Below, in pieces: positions 11,101 to 23,770 of a stretch of DNA of 64,000 nt. The stretch is taken from NCBI RefSeq assembly GCF_964204645.1, contig NC_134036.1, positions 4,556,600-4,620,599 on the forward strand. Direction: 5' to 3'. The number at the start of each line of letters is the position of its first letter. Within the stretch, counting starts at the first letter, position 1. The notes beneath the pieces were generated by a model that worked only from the letters and a program-made list of their open reading frames with translations, was not told the origin of the DNA and made no database searches. The stretch is from Tubulanus polymorphus (taxonomy: Eukaryota; Animalia; Nemertea). The position numbers were made by a program, and so were the translations under genes.

Positions 11101-13730
11101 ACCCTAAAATCGATCACGTTTTTTCATTCATCAAGTTTCGGCCTGTCTTTGATAGATCCAAGTGTCAATCCCGTTTTCGAAACTCAGTACTGAATGCGAG
11201 TATATTCGGGGCCCAAAAAGTTTCACAGAAATTAGTTTTCTGCTATTAATTTGAATTGTCGAGTTCAAAGGAAACGATAAAGAATTGTTACCACGAGCTG
11301 CAACTAGTCATGTATAGTTTAATCAGCGATACTGACCCCAGTAAATGAAATGATACTGACAAGACTTACCTCGATCATTTGTAGGATACCGCATCCTATA
11401 TCATCAGCGCAAAAAAGAAACCCAGAAATGTTCGTGTAGAATCTTTCCACCCTGTCCAGCGAGGCTATGTTCACGCAGTTTTTCACGAAAACATCGTTCA
11501 TAATCTAAAAGAAATATCCGTTAAATTAAAAAGCTTTAAATAAGGTTATCGTATATACATTGTATTATGTATTGTCGCTTATATGCGTGGCTGTTAGAAA
11601 TTGATGCCCCACCCCTCCTCTCACTCGAACATAATGAATATCGCAATCGAATTCTTTTCCCGATATTTTCATTGCCGATACCCATCCCGACCGAGTATGC
11701 TCTTAGACAAGATGGGCTAGAATTCGGAAGTTTCGTGGATTAATCTGGACTACGAAATCAAATGAATGATACTTTTATTTCCAACCTAGGCCGCTAAAAC
11801 ATTTCGCGCAGCTGGTTTTGGGTCCCGTTTTTATATTTGGTGCACACACCGAAGTATACTAGGTACCTCACAGATAGATATCAGACAGCTTATTTGCGAA
11901 TTGAAGCGTTCACAATCTAAAAATATCCGTTAGAATATCATTTAATTCGATTATTGGAAATAGACTTATTGTAAATAAGAATTGTTATGATATTGTACGA
12001 CTGTCGCTTGTGTGCGCGCGTGAAATTTGAAAAAAAATAACCACCGTTAAAAACTCGCCCCGCAATTACAAATTATCAACCAATCACAAATTCCGTGTTC
12101 TATTCGTCCCGTCATCCGATAATGACGTTAGAAACCGCCATCAAAGTTACTAAAAAACGCCGTAATGCTTTAACTAAAGTCACGGCTAATGGATCAACAA
12201 AAGTTTGAAGTTTTGGGGTCAAAACCGCGCGTTGTTTCCACGAAGGTTTTGTTCTCGAGTAAACGAGTATGTGTTGAAATTCTAATCAGTTCGTTTTAGA
12301 AGTTCATCGAAAACGGTGGAAACTCTCAAGTCTATACATAAGCTGGAAACTGAGCGTTTTTTAGATTGAAAAGTCGGCATGGCGTACCTATAGTAAACTA
12401 TTAGCCTACACGCGCGTATCTCAGAGTGATTACAGGTCTCTGAGTCGTACCCCGCCGCTCGCAGCAGCATCGGAGAAGTAAAAATCATTTTTAGTTCTAT
12501 ATCTCTGCTAGCTCACAGGACACTCAATATTTCTCGCGATGAATAATGTCACCGGGATCCCCGTCACGACGACTCGACGCATTTTCACCCCGTACGTGAA
12601 ACCGCCGGCTTATATCAGGCAGTTCATTAGATACGCAAACATTATCAGTTCGTACAACTATTACGCCAAGATGGTGTTCATGTTTCCGCTGGGAAGCGTG
12701 TTTAACTTTCTGACGATTATTCTACTAATCAAATGTAGAAGGTATCAGTCGGTTCGTTACACGTTCCCTTATCTCATAACTCTAGCCGTCTGCGATCAAT
12801 TTGTCGTGCTGTATAATGTGATTTTGTTTTTCCCCAGTTCCCTGATATCCTTCCTCAGACGGCTCGGATTGCACCGGTGTAGTGTATATTATATGTCATT
12901 CGCAAAACTCAAAATACAATGTCCAAATATTTACTATATTTATTACTATTTTAGTCATGTTCCCAAAAAATGGATTCCTGAGTGTTTATTGATAAGACTT
13001 TTCTTCGAAGAAGCAAGGGCGATATGTAACTACATAGTGCTGGTGATCGCTGTCGAACGATTAGTTTCTATTCGTTTTCCTTTCTTTCATATGAAACATT
13101 TTAGCGCCACTCGGTGTAAATTAGCGGTAGGTGTCGTGGTCTTGTGGGCGTACGCCGTACAAATATGGTTCATTTTTTATCATAGCGATGTACGCTTTGA
13201 AATACGTCGTAGATACAGGTCCAACGAGACTTCGTATCAATGGTCGTGCAGTACACCGAAAATAATATCCCATCAATATTCCCGAATACACAAATTCTAC
13301 ATGCAACAAATAGGTAAATATACCAGTATATTTCTTCAAGATATATTTCCCGCTGTGGCTATTGTTATCGCGTCAGTGTTAACTGCTGTATCGCGCGCTA
13401 AGAAATCCGCGTACCCGCTCAGAACTAAAACTGATCGTACTCAGAAATCTTCAGCCAGTAAAACTCTGCTAGTCGTAGTTATTGTTTATATTGTACTGGT
13501 TTTACCGCACGCCGTTTGTAGTTTCTTATCTTATTTCAACAATCTTTTACGCGATATATATCATTCCTACACAGGCAAATGGCTCAAAACAATTTACGAC
13601 GATTTCTTTTTACTGCGTCTATGGATCCATTTGGAAGGATTATTCGAAATTCTTCGTAGTCTTATTTACTGTACCAATTTTTTCATTTACATCTCAATAA
13701 TGAGGGTTTTCCGAATGCAGTTCGTTAAGT
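8190..13730. repeat. Direct duplication: about 8190-10320 vs about 11610-13730 (A3 and A4 plus upstream DNA); upstream part also at about 23350-23770
   Basis: Shared blocks such as cttagacaagatgggctagaattc, tgacgttagaaaccgccatca and gtgattacaggtctctgagtcgtac. Confidence 0.85.
9125..10360 (+). CDS. Class A orphan GPCR, family A copy A3 (start at 9125 or 9137)
   Basis: Intact 7TM ORF with LAVCD, IAVERL and CVNFFIY; head-to-head with A2. Confidence 0.9.
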   Translation: MYLAMNNVTGIPITTTRRIFIPYVKPPAYITQFYRYVTIISSYNHLARMVFMYPLGSVFNLLTIILLIKCRRYQSVRYTFPYLITLAVCDQFVVLFYVIQYFPSSLISFLRQLRLHRCSVYYMSFANLKIQCPNIYYIYYYFSHVPKKWIPECLLTRLFFEEARTICNYIVLVIAVERLVSIRFPFFHMKHFSATRCKIAVGVVVLWAYAAQMESIILYSDVRFEERRRFRSKETSYQWSCNIPKIISRQYSRSSMFVMQQVLNLVNVFFQDIFPAVVIVIASVLTAVSRAKKSAYPLRTKTDRTRKSSASKTLLVVVIVYVVLVLPNAVCKFIFHLNNVVRSVYKEYTGKMLTTIYNDFFLLFLWIDLERIFTILRQFIYCVNFFIYIATMRVFRKQFIKLFTCSSSLPQ

Positions 13731-13792
13731 CATACACTCTGCGGTTCGAGTGGATCGAAATGAATCTGAAAAATCTGAAAAAAATTCACTAG
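12539..13792 (+). CDS. Class A orphan GPCR, family A copy A4, 417 aa
   Basis: Intact 7TM ORF, paralog of A3, inside a duplication offset by about 3.4 kb. Confidence 0.9.
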   Translation: MNNVTGIPVTTTRRIFTPYVKPPAYIRQFIRYANIISSYNYYAKMVFMFPLGSVFNFLTIILLIKCRRYQSVRYTFPYLITLAVCDQFVVLYNVILFFPSSLISFLRRLGLHRCSVYYMSFAKLKIQCPNIYYIYYYFSHVPKKWIPECLLIRLFFEEARAICNYIVLVIAVERLVSIRFPFFHMKHFSATRCKLAVGVVVLWAYAVQIWFIFYHSDVRFEIRRRYRSNETSYQWSCSTPKIISHQYSRIHKFYMQQIGKYTSIFLQDIFPAVAIVIASVLTAVSRAKKSAYPLRTKTDRTQKSSASKTLLVVVIVYIVLVLPHAVCSFLSYFNNLLRDIYHSYTGKWLKTIYDDFFLLRLWIHLEGLFEILRSLIYCTNFFIYISIMRVFRMQFVKSYTLRFEWIEMNLKNLKKIH

Positions 13793-16700
13793 TTTTTACT
13801 TAATTCGGTCGAGTAAAGGTTTTCCCTATCAAATCCTCGACTCGGCCGGTCCACGGGATTGTCAATTCGGGCGGGCGAAGCCCTCATGTCTGTCCGTACC
13901 TATCAATGCCTGCAAAGGCTACGGCGGCTTAACTAAATCGAAAAAAAAAATCTGTAAATGAGTCAACTCGCTTATGCCAGTTTTTTGCGGTCGTCAAGTG
14001 AAATCTTTTAAACAGATTGGTGGTCCGGGGAGTCACCATATTCATTTTAAGCCCGGGCTAAAATTCGGTTTAAAAAGATGTGTTCTAACGGTTAAGTACC
14101 GTACTACGTATATGTACCCGTACTACAGTAATTTACTGACCAAATACAATCCCGCCTAGCAAATCTTGTTCACATATTAACAATAGACACGGGCTCAGTC
14201 CATAACTGTATTCATAATAGACCTGGGCTCGGGTCGATCAATGGTGCCTAGAATATGCCGTTTATTTAAACTTAAATCGGCCTATTTTCTACAATAATGA
14301 CGTTTCCAGTTTCTAGGCGCCCTATTCTGGTGGTCCCTCGAGGTCCGCATCGTTGCGATAATTTTCACACTTTTTTAAAACATAAGTTTTGATCGCGTTT
14401 CAATTAGCTGTGCAGTCCATTGCTTTGCTAACTTAATCTAAACATCATTTTAGAGGAAATGAAATGCTGATAGTTTGCCGGTGAGTCTTGAATTTTTTGA
14501 ACGCAGCAACTGAGAACTGTGATCAATTCGAGTCGTTGAATTCCAAAACAAATGATTAAGAATTATTGCAATTAGCTGCAAATAAATACGTGAAACTGGC
14601 CATATAGTAAGAAGAAAAGAAATACTAAGACCTACCGCAGAATCTGTAGGGGTTTGGCCTAAACTATTCAGCGCTTGTATCGACGTCTTTCGCTTCTTAA
14701 ATTTCGAACATGTATTTTTCCAGTATTGACCATACCATCGATTGCAGTCCGATGAGGATTTTGGTAAAGGGTCGCTCGGTCGCAAACGACTCAAATTCGC
14801 TGAAATTCAAGAATAGAATCGCAATCGTTTTAACCTGCTACAGTGAGCTTACGATGGCGGCGCTTGTAATAACAAGTAATATGCCTACAAACACTGCATC
14901 GCCGTTTTATCTTAGTTTCAAATGAAAACCAGTAAACAATTCAAAGAAAGTCCATAACGTCTATATTTCAACTGGCTTAAACGGACGTTGGGTGTCGTAA
15001 CTCAGTGGCGGTATAGAGTACGTTATACCCGATGAGCTGAACTAAAACATCGATTTTCGATGTATTTAACATTGTATTTCGCGATTTCCAAAAGGTCTTC
15101 TTGTACTCACAGAGAGAGAGAGAGCCACTGCATCGTGGTTCGATGATGTAATGTGCATTCGCGGCGCTTTCCTCGCAAACAGTTCAGAAACGCCCGTGTA
15201 TAAAAAGTCTATCCATTCCGGCGAGGCTACTTCGCAAAAAGCTAGCAGTGCAGTGCTTATCTTCATAGCAACATGGAGCTGAAAATATAAGAACTGTATT
15301 AAGAGTGCAGTCTCCAGTGGCGGGGCAATTCCGCGGTAGGGCCTAACGGAATTATAGTCAAGACAAATCAACTTTCTGGCAAGTTTTATTTGTGAAATCA
15401 AGACACCGAACATCTATTTTATTTTATTAGATAATGTTGGTTTGATAGGTGTCTGAACCGTAGTTCCCGTACCGTCGGATAGAATATAAGACCGAAGATA
15501 ATACGCATAGGACGGGAACCTTGTGAAAGTAGAATGGTCGATTTTCAAGACTAAGATAAAATCTAGTCGTGAACGTGTCGCTATTTCGAACAGGGTGACC
15601 GCGCTTTCCACCATTATTTACAAATCGCCTCATTTGTCCATTTCATAACACAAAAGTCCCGAGTGAATCAGAAGAATTTATCTGGTTTAAAATGATTTCT
15701 ATCATTTTTCTTTTCAAATGAAACACGTATTGATCTCAAGAAACGCGTGGGTAAATAGCGCAACAAAATTCCTTTTTTCATGTTTAATTATCGTGCAAAA
15801 TTTGCCGGATTCACCTGATTTTTCGTTGAATTTTTTTCTATATATTTTCCGATTTCCCGAAATTCTAGGTCATTGGCCACCCCGTCGAAACTGAATAACC
15901 AACACGATACCAGCTTTCAGCGGCGAGTTTACTTTTAGCATGTACACATACAAAGATATCATGCAGGGAACCCGTGGAGACCATGTGCAATAACGGATCA
16001 AATCAGTGTCTAAAAAAGCCGGTACCTTCTCCTGAAGTCGCCAGTTGTAAATAGTTTACACTAAATCCAGTCTCGGTGAATACAGATAATGCAGAGAGCG
16101 ATTTAATAAAACATTGTTTTTTTTACTCAAGCGGAATATTTCCACCCATCTTCAGAAGTTTCAAATATATATTCGAATAATCTCTGATCCCCTGGGAGCG
16201 CGTAGGAAACCACCCTAAACGTAAGAAAATGACAAGCTGTATCGATATTGAGGCCGTTTCATTCGGTACGCGCTTCGTCACTATATAGGTCGCCGGTAAC
16301 ATCTGTAGTCTACAAATTATAGCGAATAGATATTAGAAATATACGACGGTTTTTCCAGAAACGAAGTTAGGTAATAAAACCGTACTACGTTTGAGAGTGA
16401 AAAGAGAAAGTTCATAATTATGTGACACGACAGTCGACAGAAGCCTAGGCTGCACGTGCATCAACGCCGAATAGCTCATGAGGGAGTGGAGAGCTAAGTA
16501 GCTCGTCGTGCTGGTAGATTGGACCCAGTTTGGATTCACCCATCTATCCTGCCTGAATACTATTGCTCTGCAGCTCTCTTCCCCGTAGGACCCCGGCCCG
16601 AGATTCAATCTTTTCGCTAACACCGTCTTCCAGCGAGTAGTGAGAGATGATATCATTCAGTTACGTACGGGAGAATATTGCGTCGCGATATAGTTATAAT

Positions 16701-17311
16701 AGTATACAAATATTGATTTCTTACTCGCGCGACCAGCTCGATGATACTACTCACTCGATATAGGCCTATAGTAGAGTTCAGCTGCATCGATCCAGTTCTT
16801 AAAACTTGACATTACAATCTGCAGAAGATCGGGTCGTACAACAAATACAATAAACCCGGCCTCGTGTCGCTGTAAATTCGGCGTGAGCGCCAGCTGTTCT
16901 TCTCAGTGTGGAGACTCTCGCGTGCGCGCGGTGCGGATAGGACATTGCGTTACCGTAATATATCACTTATCATAATCATAATAATTATATAATTAACGAA
17001 AACTTAATTGTGCCATTTAATTACTCATAGCATTGATGAAGTTAGCTTCGATTGAACGTATACCGACTGAAAAAAGAAAAAGAATCAATCGGGATTCGAC
17101 CCTGCTGTTCATCGTTAGAGCACGGAAGTAAAATTTCCACGTGTTTCCCCAGAGGCAACATATGTCATTTTTAGGCGCGTTCGGCAAAGTTTTCAACCTA
17201 TCGAAAGTCTTGTTGAACGATATAACATCTCGGACACTACGTGGCTTGAATACGAGGTGAGTTTTATTTCGGAGTAATCCGGTCTGCGGGGATTTACTCC
17301 AAGGTTTCATT

Positions 17312-17473
17312 CACAGGGGCTCGTATCGGAGTCGTAGGCGGTACTGTAAAAACGATAATCTCTTTTCCGATGTCTATGGTAGGCTATATATTTGTATACA
17401 TTAATATTATAGACATTGGTTTAAAAGGTTATCGTTTTTACATTAGTCTCCAACTCTGATACGAGCCACTGTG
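17312..17473. mobile_element. Short palindromic MITE
   Basis: cacaggggctcgtatcggagt ... actctgatacgagccactgtg, with a further internal IR (tgtaaaaacgataa / ttatcgtttttaca). Confidence 0.55.
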
Positions 17474-19832
17474 GTTTTATTCAGCTTGATTCGGCATGCG
17501 GCTTAATATGAATGCCTTGTGCCAGTGCGTGTTATGTGAAGGGCTAGGACTGTTTGTTATGAAGTCAATGTACCCGGTATGCGTATGCGTAGGTCGATAA
17601 GGCGTTTGAAGAAATGCCGATTTCTAGAAACTCGATAACGCGGTCAATCAATCGATGTAAGAGTTGTTAGGTAAAGTTAGGTAAATCCTACTGGCGAAGA
17701 GGGGATCTAAAAAGAAACAAGCAGGCATCAGCGAAATGGAATGAGAAAATAGGTTAAGATATTGATACCGGTAGGCCTACCTAATTTTTTATCATTCTGC
17801 TATAGCTTAAAAGTTGAATCTGTAAATTACTTTTTTTTCAGAAAGGTTTGGTATTAAGGACGATCAAGATCACCACAACAGACCCAGCTGCTATAGAAAC
17901 GAACTGATAACAAAAATTTCATTTACAAAATGACCCCGCCGATTAGGAGAAACAAGGTTTCATTTTTTGTTTGTTTAGCCTAAACAACTTTTCTATAAAC
18001 CTGGTCCAGGTTGGACGTTTCAGAGATTATATCTTTGTTGGCTTTTTTGTAAGGTTGAGATATCAGAAGTAATTGGAAATGATTGTGAACCGCTGAAAAG
18101 AAATAGTGACTGCCTCCTGATTGAGAGACAAAGACCTATTCAGATGACAACAGAACTTAGAAATAATGGTCGAAGGTAGGCTGACAGTTTTTCTTTTTTT
18201 ATTGTGATAAAACCATAGGGTTAAATCTTGTTTTTCATTTGATGATCTTAGCAGAATTCTGGGAGACGTATCCATGCTCCAACTGTAACCAAAAAGGGCC
18301 TAAATAAAAACATAACATGTCAACGCAATTACACACATAAACACAGAAATCTTATTTTCTTAAAAATCTTAGTTGCATAGTCATGGCTCTGACCTGAGAT
18401 CAGTCTAATACCAATTTAGTCCTATAGCCAATCTTACATTTTAAAACCAGTCTCAAGATTTAAAGCCCATATTTGGACTTAAGTCATAATTGTGCGAGTG
18501 GCCCCTGGTCATAACTTAAGTTCCAGGGAAAGTAGACCATGTTTTTAATGGCAACGGAATTACGCATGAACTCATTATTCTTGTCTAGAGCTTTTTTTAT
18601 TCCAGAATAAATGTGTCTTGATTCGTTGGGTAATTTGAAAAAAAACAGTGATTACTTTTAACGTGGAAACTTTTAAGAGCTATTGGTTTGATGAGTAAAC
18701 CAAGCACTAGGCCTAAATAGTTTGCTTTTAATTTGCACGAAATTTTCAGCATAACGACTCACTAATATCGCATGTAAATGAAATTCTGTAAACGCTCTGC
18801 GTCGTAGCTTTTACCAAAAGTGTGAAAGCCTACTAGGTTTTCGACTTTAAAAAAAACACAATATTCAAAAACGTTTGATGAAATGTAAAATGAAGCAGGG
18901 TCCCTGGATACGGGTCCGTAATTCCTTGAAAACTCGTTCTGAACCAGAAATGTTTTTCAGGGTCCTTAAGTGTCCTTGCATTTTGAGCAGAGTGCCCAAA
19001 AGTCATTGAAAACTCTTAGAAAATAGAGAAATTGGCAATTAGATTCTGTTTTTTTTTGGTTTTAGGCCTAGTTAGTAGTCATAGACCCAATACACGCAGG
19101 CTCCAACGAATTAAATGGTTTACTTAAATAACCGATTCAGGAAGGGTCTACTATTACGTAATTGGGGTATGTAAGTGACGCAGACGCCTCCTCGAAACTT
19201 GAAATTTCCTACTTTAAAATTCTTTGAAAATTCGTTGAATTCTGGAATGAATGAGCTGCAAGGACGCTCTTAAGTAATTTACCGAAATTCGAACGTTATT
19301 ACGTAATATCTGCAGTGTGATCGCTTAACTTTACAAAGCTGGTTCTACCTACACGAGCCAACATTTCAAATGGTAATTTTCGATGGAATTCGATAAAATG
19401 TTTCGTAATTCATGTATTATCTGAACTAGTACGGTGGTTTTTTCTTCAATGTTATCGAATACATTCAAACCGTTAATTAGAACTTCCGTAATCAATGTCG
19501 AATCTATGACTAAAAAGAAAAAAAAATCTCCGAAAAAAGAAACTAGCATCCGAACGACTGATTGATTTCGTTTGAATAAGCGAATTCCCCCTGAGGCATG
19601 TTCAGTTTTCAAAGCGCTGCGTTATTTTCGATTTCTTGTCTATCGGCATCACAGACTCGATCGACAGTTCGGAGGTCCGCCGCGTCGTCTTATAGACGAA
19701 AATATGTTCGTTATCGCTCGTGACTAAAAATATGCGGCCGTTTACAGCATTTGGAGGTTCGGGAGTTAAAACCGATTGTTCAACGATTTTTTAAGAAGTT
19801 GAAGCTCACTAGCACGATGGCAAACTGAATTG

Positions 19833-19965
19833 ATGGCTTCTGAAAATGTATCAGTTGGTTTTCGGATTATTTACTCCAACCAGTCAGCAGTGACAACCAC
19901 CACGGAGACGGCGGGTGGGTTTAAACCTCATCCGCGGTGTAAATACATCCATCACGCCGATTACA
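19833..19965 (+). pseudogene. Truncated 5' fragment of a family B GPCR (MASENVSVG...GFKPHPRCKYIHHADY)
   Basis: Matches the N-terminus of B2; upstream 19460-19830 is homologous to the B2 upstream region; homology stops abruptly. Confidence 0.8.
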
Positions 19966-21422
19966 ATTTCTCATGAAGCTTTAAAAAAATTATACCAATC
20001 GCAATTTTAAAATAAAAATGAGATAGAACCTAAGTTAAAATTCTGGCCATTTCTAAAATGTTATTACTAATTTTTAGTCAGCGCGGAACGTTTAGTTTTC
20101 CAACAATAATGAGGGGTGGTAGGTAGTCATGCAATTCAAGTCATCATTTATTACACGTTACTTCCGTGTTGTTGAAAATCTCGCGAGTCCGGGACCGAAC
20201 CCCAATGAACAATGTGATCTGTGTGCTGGCCACAAATGCACACAGATCACACTACACTACCCATTACACACTCCAGTACCCACAGCTTTCATATATCCAT
20301 CCAAATATTTAGAGTGTCTTTCTTCCTGGATAATAAAACCGTTTCTTCTGCAATCAATATCTCTATCTATGGCTGATTATACGAACATGTCGGTTATTGA
20401 TATGTTGCGACCTGGCTGCGATGAATCCGTGGATATATGAAAGAAAAGCTAACGATTAAGCAAGTCATATATAAACCTTCCGGAGTTTTTTCATTTCAAC
20501 AGTGTTGAAATATCCAATTGTCATAGATATGAATTATCATTTAATTAGAATATCTTCTCGTATATAAATGGGCTACAATAACACTGTATTGCGATTGCGG
20601 ATGTAGTCAAATTGTAAGATCTTATTTATCACACTGCGTGGACATAGAATTTACACTTGAATCCGTGTCTCAAAGGTGACCTTTTCGGTTTCTCTCCCCC
20701 TAATAATCGTTTGTCCCAGTTTATTTCCTCTCTGGTCAATGTCACCTAGTTATCCGTACAATAGTGTGTGCGTATCTATCTCACTGCCATATAAACTCGG
20801 ATTTGCTGTATTTCAATTTCTACCGATACTTTACAGTGAAAAACCGAACTATTCGGATTCGAAAAATTCGATAATTTAAGTTTTTCGGCTTCGTGATTGT
20901 GGGATTTATATTTTCCTCTTCATTCGCGACTCATTGCGAAGTTCTACTCGTCACTGTGTGGAAATTCGCACGTTCCGGTGCCAGATATTTCTGAATAAAA
21001 GTGCAGTGATATTGCGACTTTTTCTTAAAAAAACCGAACACTTTGCAACGGTTAAATTGCTATTTTTGACATATACGAATAATATTCATGCCCCTATTGG
21101 TCTTGTGTGGCCGAACTCCCTGGCGTTCTTGAATACTTCTCTATGACGCTTCGTAGGCAGAAACGTGGTTTCGGCGACCATATTTTATTCTGTCGGGTAT
21201 TGCAAATGATGCTTTACATTTTTGGAAAAGATTCAGATTTCATACGTATACAGTTCTGCGCGTCGATAGTCAGACATTATTTGATACCTGTACAATAATG
21301 ATAGCTTGCTTCAGCGAAATTGTAGGTTTCGAAAAACTTTGACTCGAGAACTGCGGTATTCGATTTCATGTCCTCACTGCCGCAGCAGTGAGCGTTTGAC
21401 CCAGCGGTAATATAGTGGCGCT

Positions 21423-22493
21423 ATGATTCTCGAGCTCAACCGATCGAACCTGACGACCGCAACTCAGAAGGCGGGGTTTAAACCTCATTCGCGGTGTAAA
21501 TACATCCATCACGCCGATTACAAACCGTTTCACGTGAATCTGTATCTACAGATCACGACTTACGTCATTTTCAGCCTTGCCAATTTCGGTTTTGGCGCAA
21601 ATTTACTGTCTTTTATTATTCTCAGTAAAGAACGTTCAAACAACACCAGTATATTTTATTTGAGATGTATATCTGTTGCGGACATGTTTATTTGTTTGTC
21701 ATATATCGTATTTAACTTTCAGTATCGGCTCTACAGTCACACATTGTTACTGGACATGACTGTTGAAATAAACCACGTTATGAAGCCCATGTATTCATAC
21801 ACTCAAGTCATTCAATTTTGGTTTTCTGGCATCAGTGACCTGATAACATTGTTAATAGCTATAGACAGATATATCGTTGTTTGTTGGCCTCTGAAAGCTG
21901 TTCAAATTATCAGCATTAAGAAGAGTTACATTAACGTCTCTGTCGTTGTAATCATTTGTCTTTGCAATCAGTCGAGGAATTTATTCATATATTACTCCCG
22001 TCGTTCAATAAACCCGTGCACCGGACACGAGAGGTGGATTCAAAAATTTACGCCTTTCGCTAAAAACGTTTATCTAAAGTACTACGGCTCGACGTTTCGT
22101 GCTTTCTTATTTTCTATACTCCCGACAGTGATAGTTGGTCTAATAACTATCCGATTGATTTTCACGTTGAGACGCGCAGGAGCAGCGAGAAAAACTATGT
22201 CTACAAATAATCAAACTTCTAACAGCAGCAACAGCAGCAGTGACCGTAGTTTAACTCTGACGCTAATTCTCATTTCATGTTTCTATTTACTGAAGAATAT
22301 CATTTCTGTCCGAGCCTCAATCAAGAATTTGACAAAAACTCTCGGCGGTTCACTCGGTAAAGGTATTTCGCATGTTTATATGAACCCAGTTGTGGACATC
22401 GTAAGAATGATCGTTGCGTCTTGTAATTTCGTCATTTATTGCGCTTCGAGGCGTCGCTTTCGAAATCGACTGAAAGCGATGTTTTCGATTTGA
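21423..22493 (+). CDS. Class A orphan GPCR, family B copy B1 (FMRFamide-receptor-like), 356 aa
   Basis: 7TM with GANLLSF (TM1), SVADM (TM2), AIDRYIVVCWPL (DRY) and CNFVIYC (TM7). Confidence 0.9.
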   Translation: MILELNRSNLTTATQKAGFKPHSRCKYIHHADYKPFHVNLYLQITTYVIFSLANFGFGANLLSFIILSKERSNNTSIFYLRCISVADMFICLSYIVFNFQYRLYSHTLLLDMTVEINHVMKPMYSYTQVIQFWFSGISDLITLLIAIDRYIVVCWPLKAVQIISIKKSYINVSVVVIICLCNQSRNLFIYYSRRSINPCTGHERWIQKFTPFAKNVYLKYYGSTFRAFLFSILPTVIVGLITIRLIFTLRRAGAARKTMSTNNQTSNSSNSSSDRSLTLTLILISCFYLLKNIISVRASIKNLTKTLGGSLGKGISHVYMNPVVDIVRMIVASCNFVIYCASRRRFRNRLKAMFSI

Positions 22494-23770
22494 GAATTCA
22501 AACTTATAACTTCAGCTCGTCCGTGAACCCGGTTGACCAGTCGATTGTATTTTAAACATTTAAAGGCTGTGCTCGAAATAGGCGATGAACCCATGAAATA
22601 AGAATAGGAACTTACGAATGGAATATGGTGAAATGAGATCAAATGATAACGAAAGTGAAATAAGCAGTATCAATTGATTGAAACAATAATTCCTTCAAGC
22701 TTTTCAGAACTTATTCATACGATCGTAAATACCTTCATAATAAACTGATTTCTTAAAAATAAATTTAACGAAAATAGCTGTGTTGAATTTCTCATAAAGG
22801 GGAGGTGTTTTCCCAAAGAATGGGTGTCCTTCCTAAAAAATGATTTGTTGAATGAGTTGAGTGTTCTCGGGAAATGTCTTCCAAGTGTATTATAATTACT
22901 GTGAATTAGTTGTGTTGGTTGAAAGAGTTGGAAAACGGGTCCATGCAGAGATATTTATGTTTGAATCCGGATTTAAGTTTGGCGAGTTACAACTGAATTA
23001 GGTCAAAAAATTTTACAATTTTATACTTTTTTCATAAGATAGTGGTAGGTGGATTATACTTTGCATTGTCAATTTCACGTAAAGCTCTGGTTTGCAATAG
23101 CTAATTTGTCTAATTTTTGACTGCGATAGTAGTGGGCCCCAGTTTATGGGGACATGTTAAGTAAGATTAGAGTGCCCGGATGAAGGTGAAGTATAATATA
23201 CGTTTTGCTGACTGAGGTAAGATAATTTTTACCGAACTTAGGAGGTATTAGTTTTTCAATAGTTTAGAGCAGTGATGCTCGACATGCAATAAATTAAATA
23301 ATCACGATAGTAATATTTTATTCAGCCTAAACTCCATATAAAACATGCTCATTGTGACGTTAGAAACCGTCATTGAAAGTTCCAACAGAAATCACGGCCA
23401 AGATATCAAGTAAAGTATGAAGTTCTTGGCTCAAAACCGTTTCCACAGAGGTTTTGTTCTCGAGTAAACGAATATATTATATTGAATTTCTAATCGGTTC
23501 TTTCTATGTAAGTCGCATAGATCATATTGAAAATGCGGAAAGAAATGAACTCTCGAGTCTATGCATAAGCTGGAAACTGACTGCTTTTTAAAGATGGATT
23601 CGAAAATGCTGTACAGCTTTCCCGTATGGCGTGCGTATAGTATGGTTTTAGCCTACACGCGCATCTCTTAGAGTGATTACAGGTCTCTGAGTCGTACCCC
23701 GCCGCTCAGCAGCATCGGAAAAGTAGAAATCCTTTTAGTTCTGTATCTCTGCAAGCTCACAGGACACTCT

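Noticed and set aside
14988-15040. tRNA-like start (gtcgtaactcagtggcggtatagag)
   Set aside because: Only an A-box-like stretch; no T-arm/B-box or cloverleaf.
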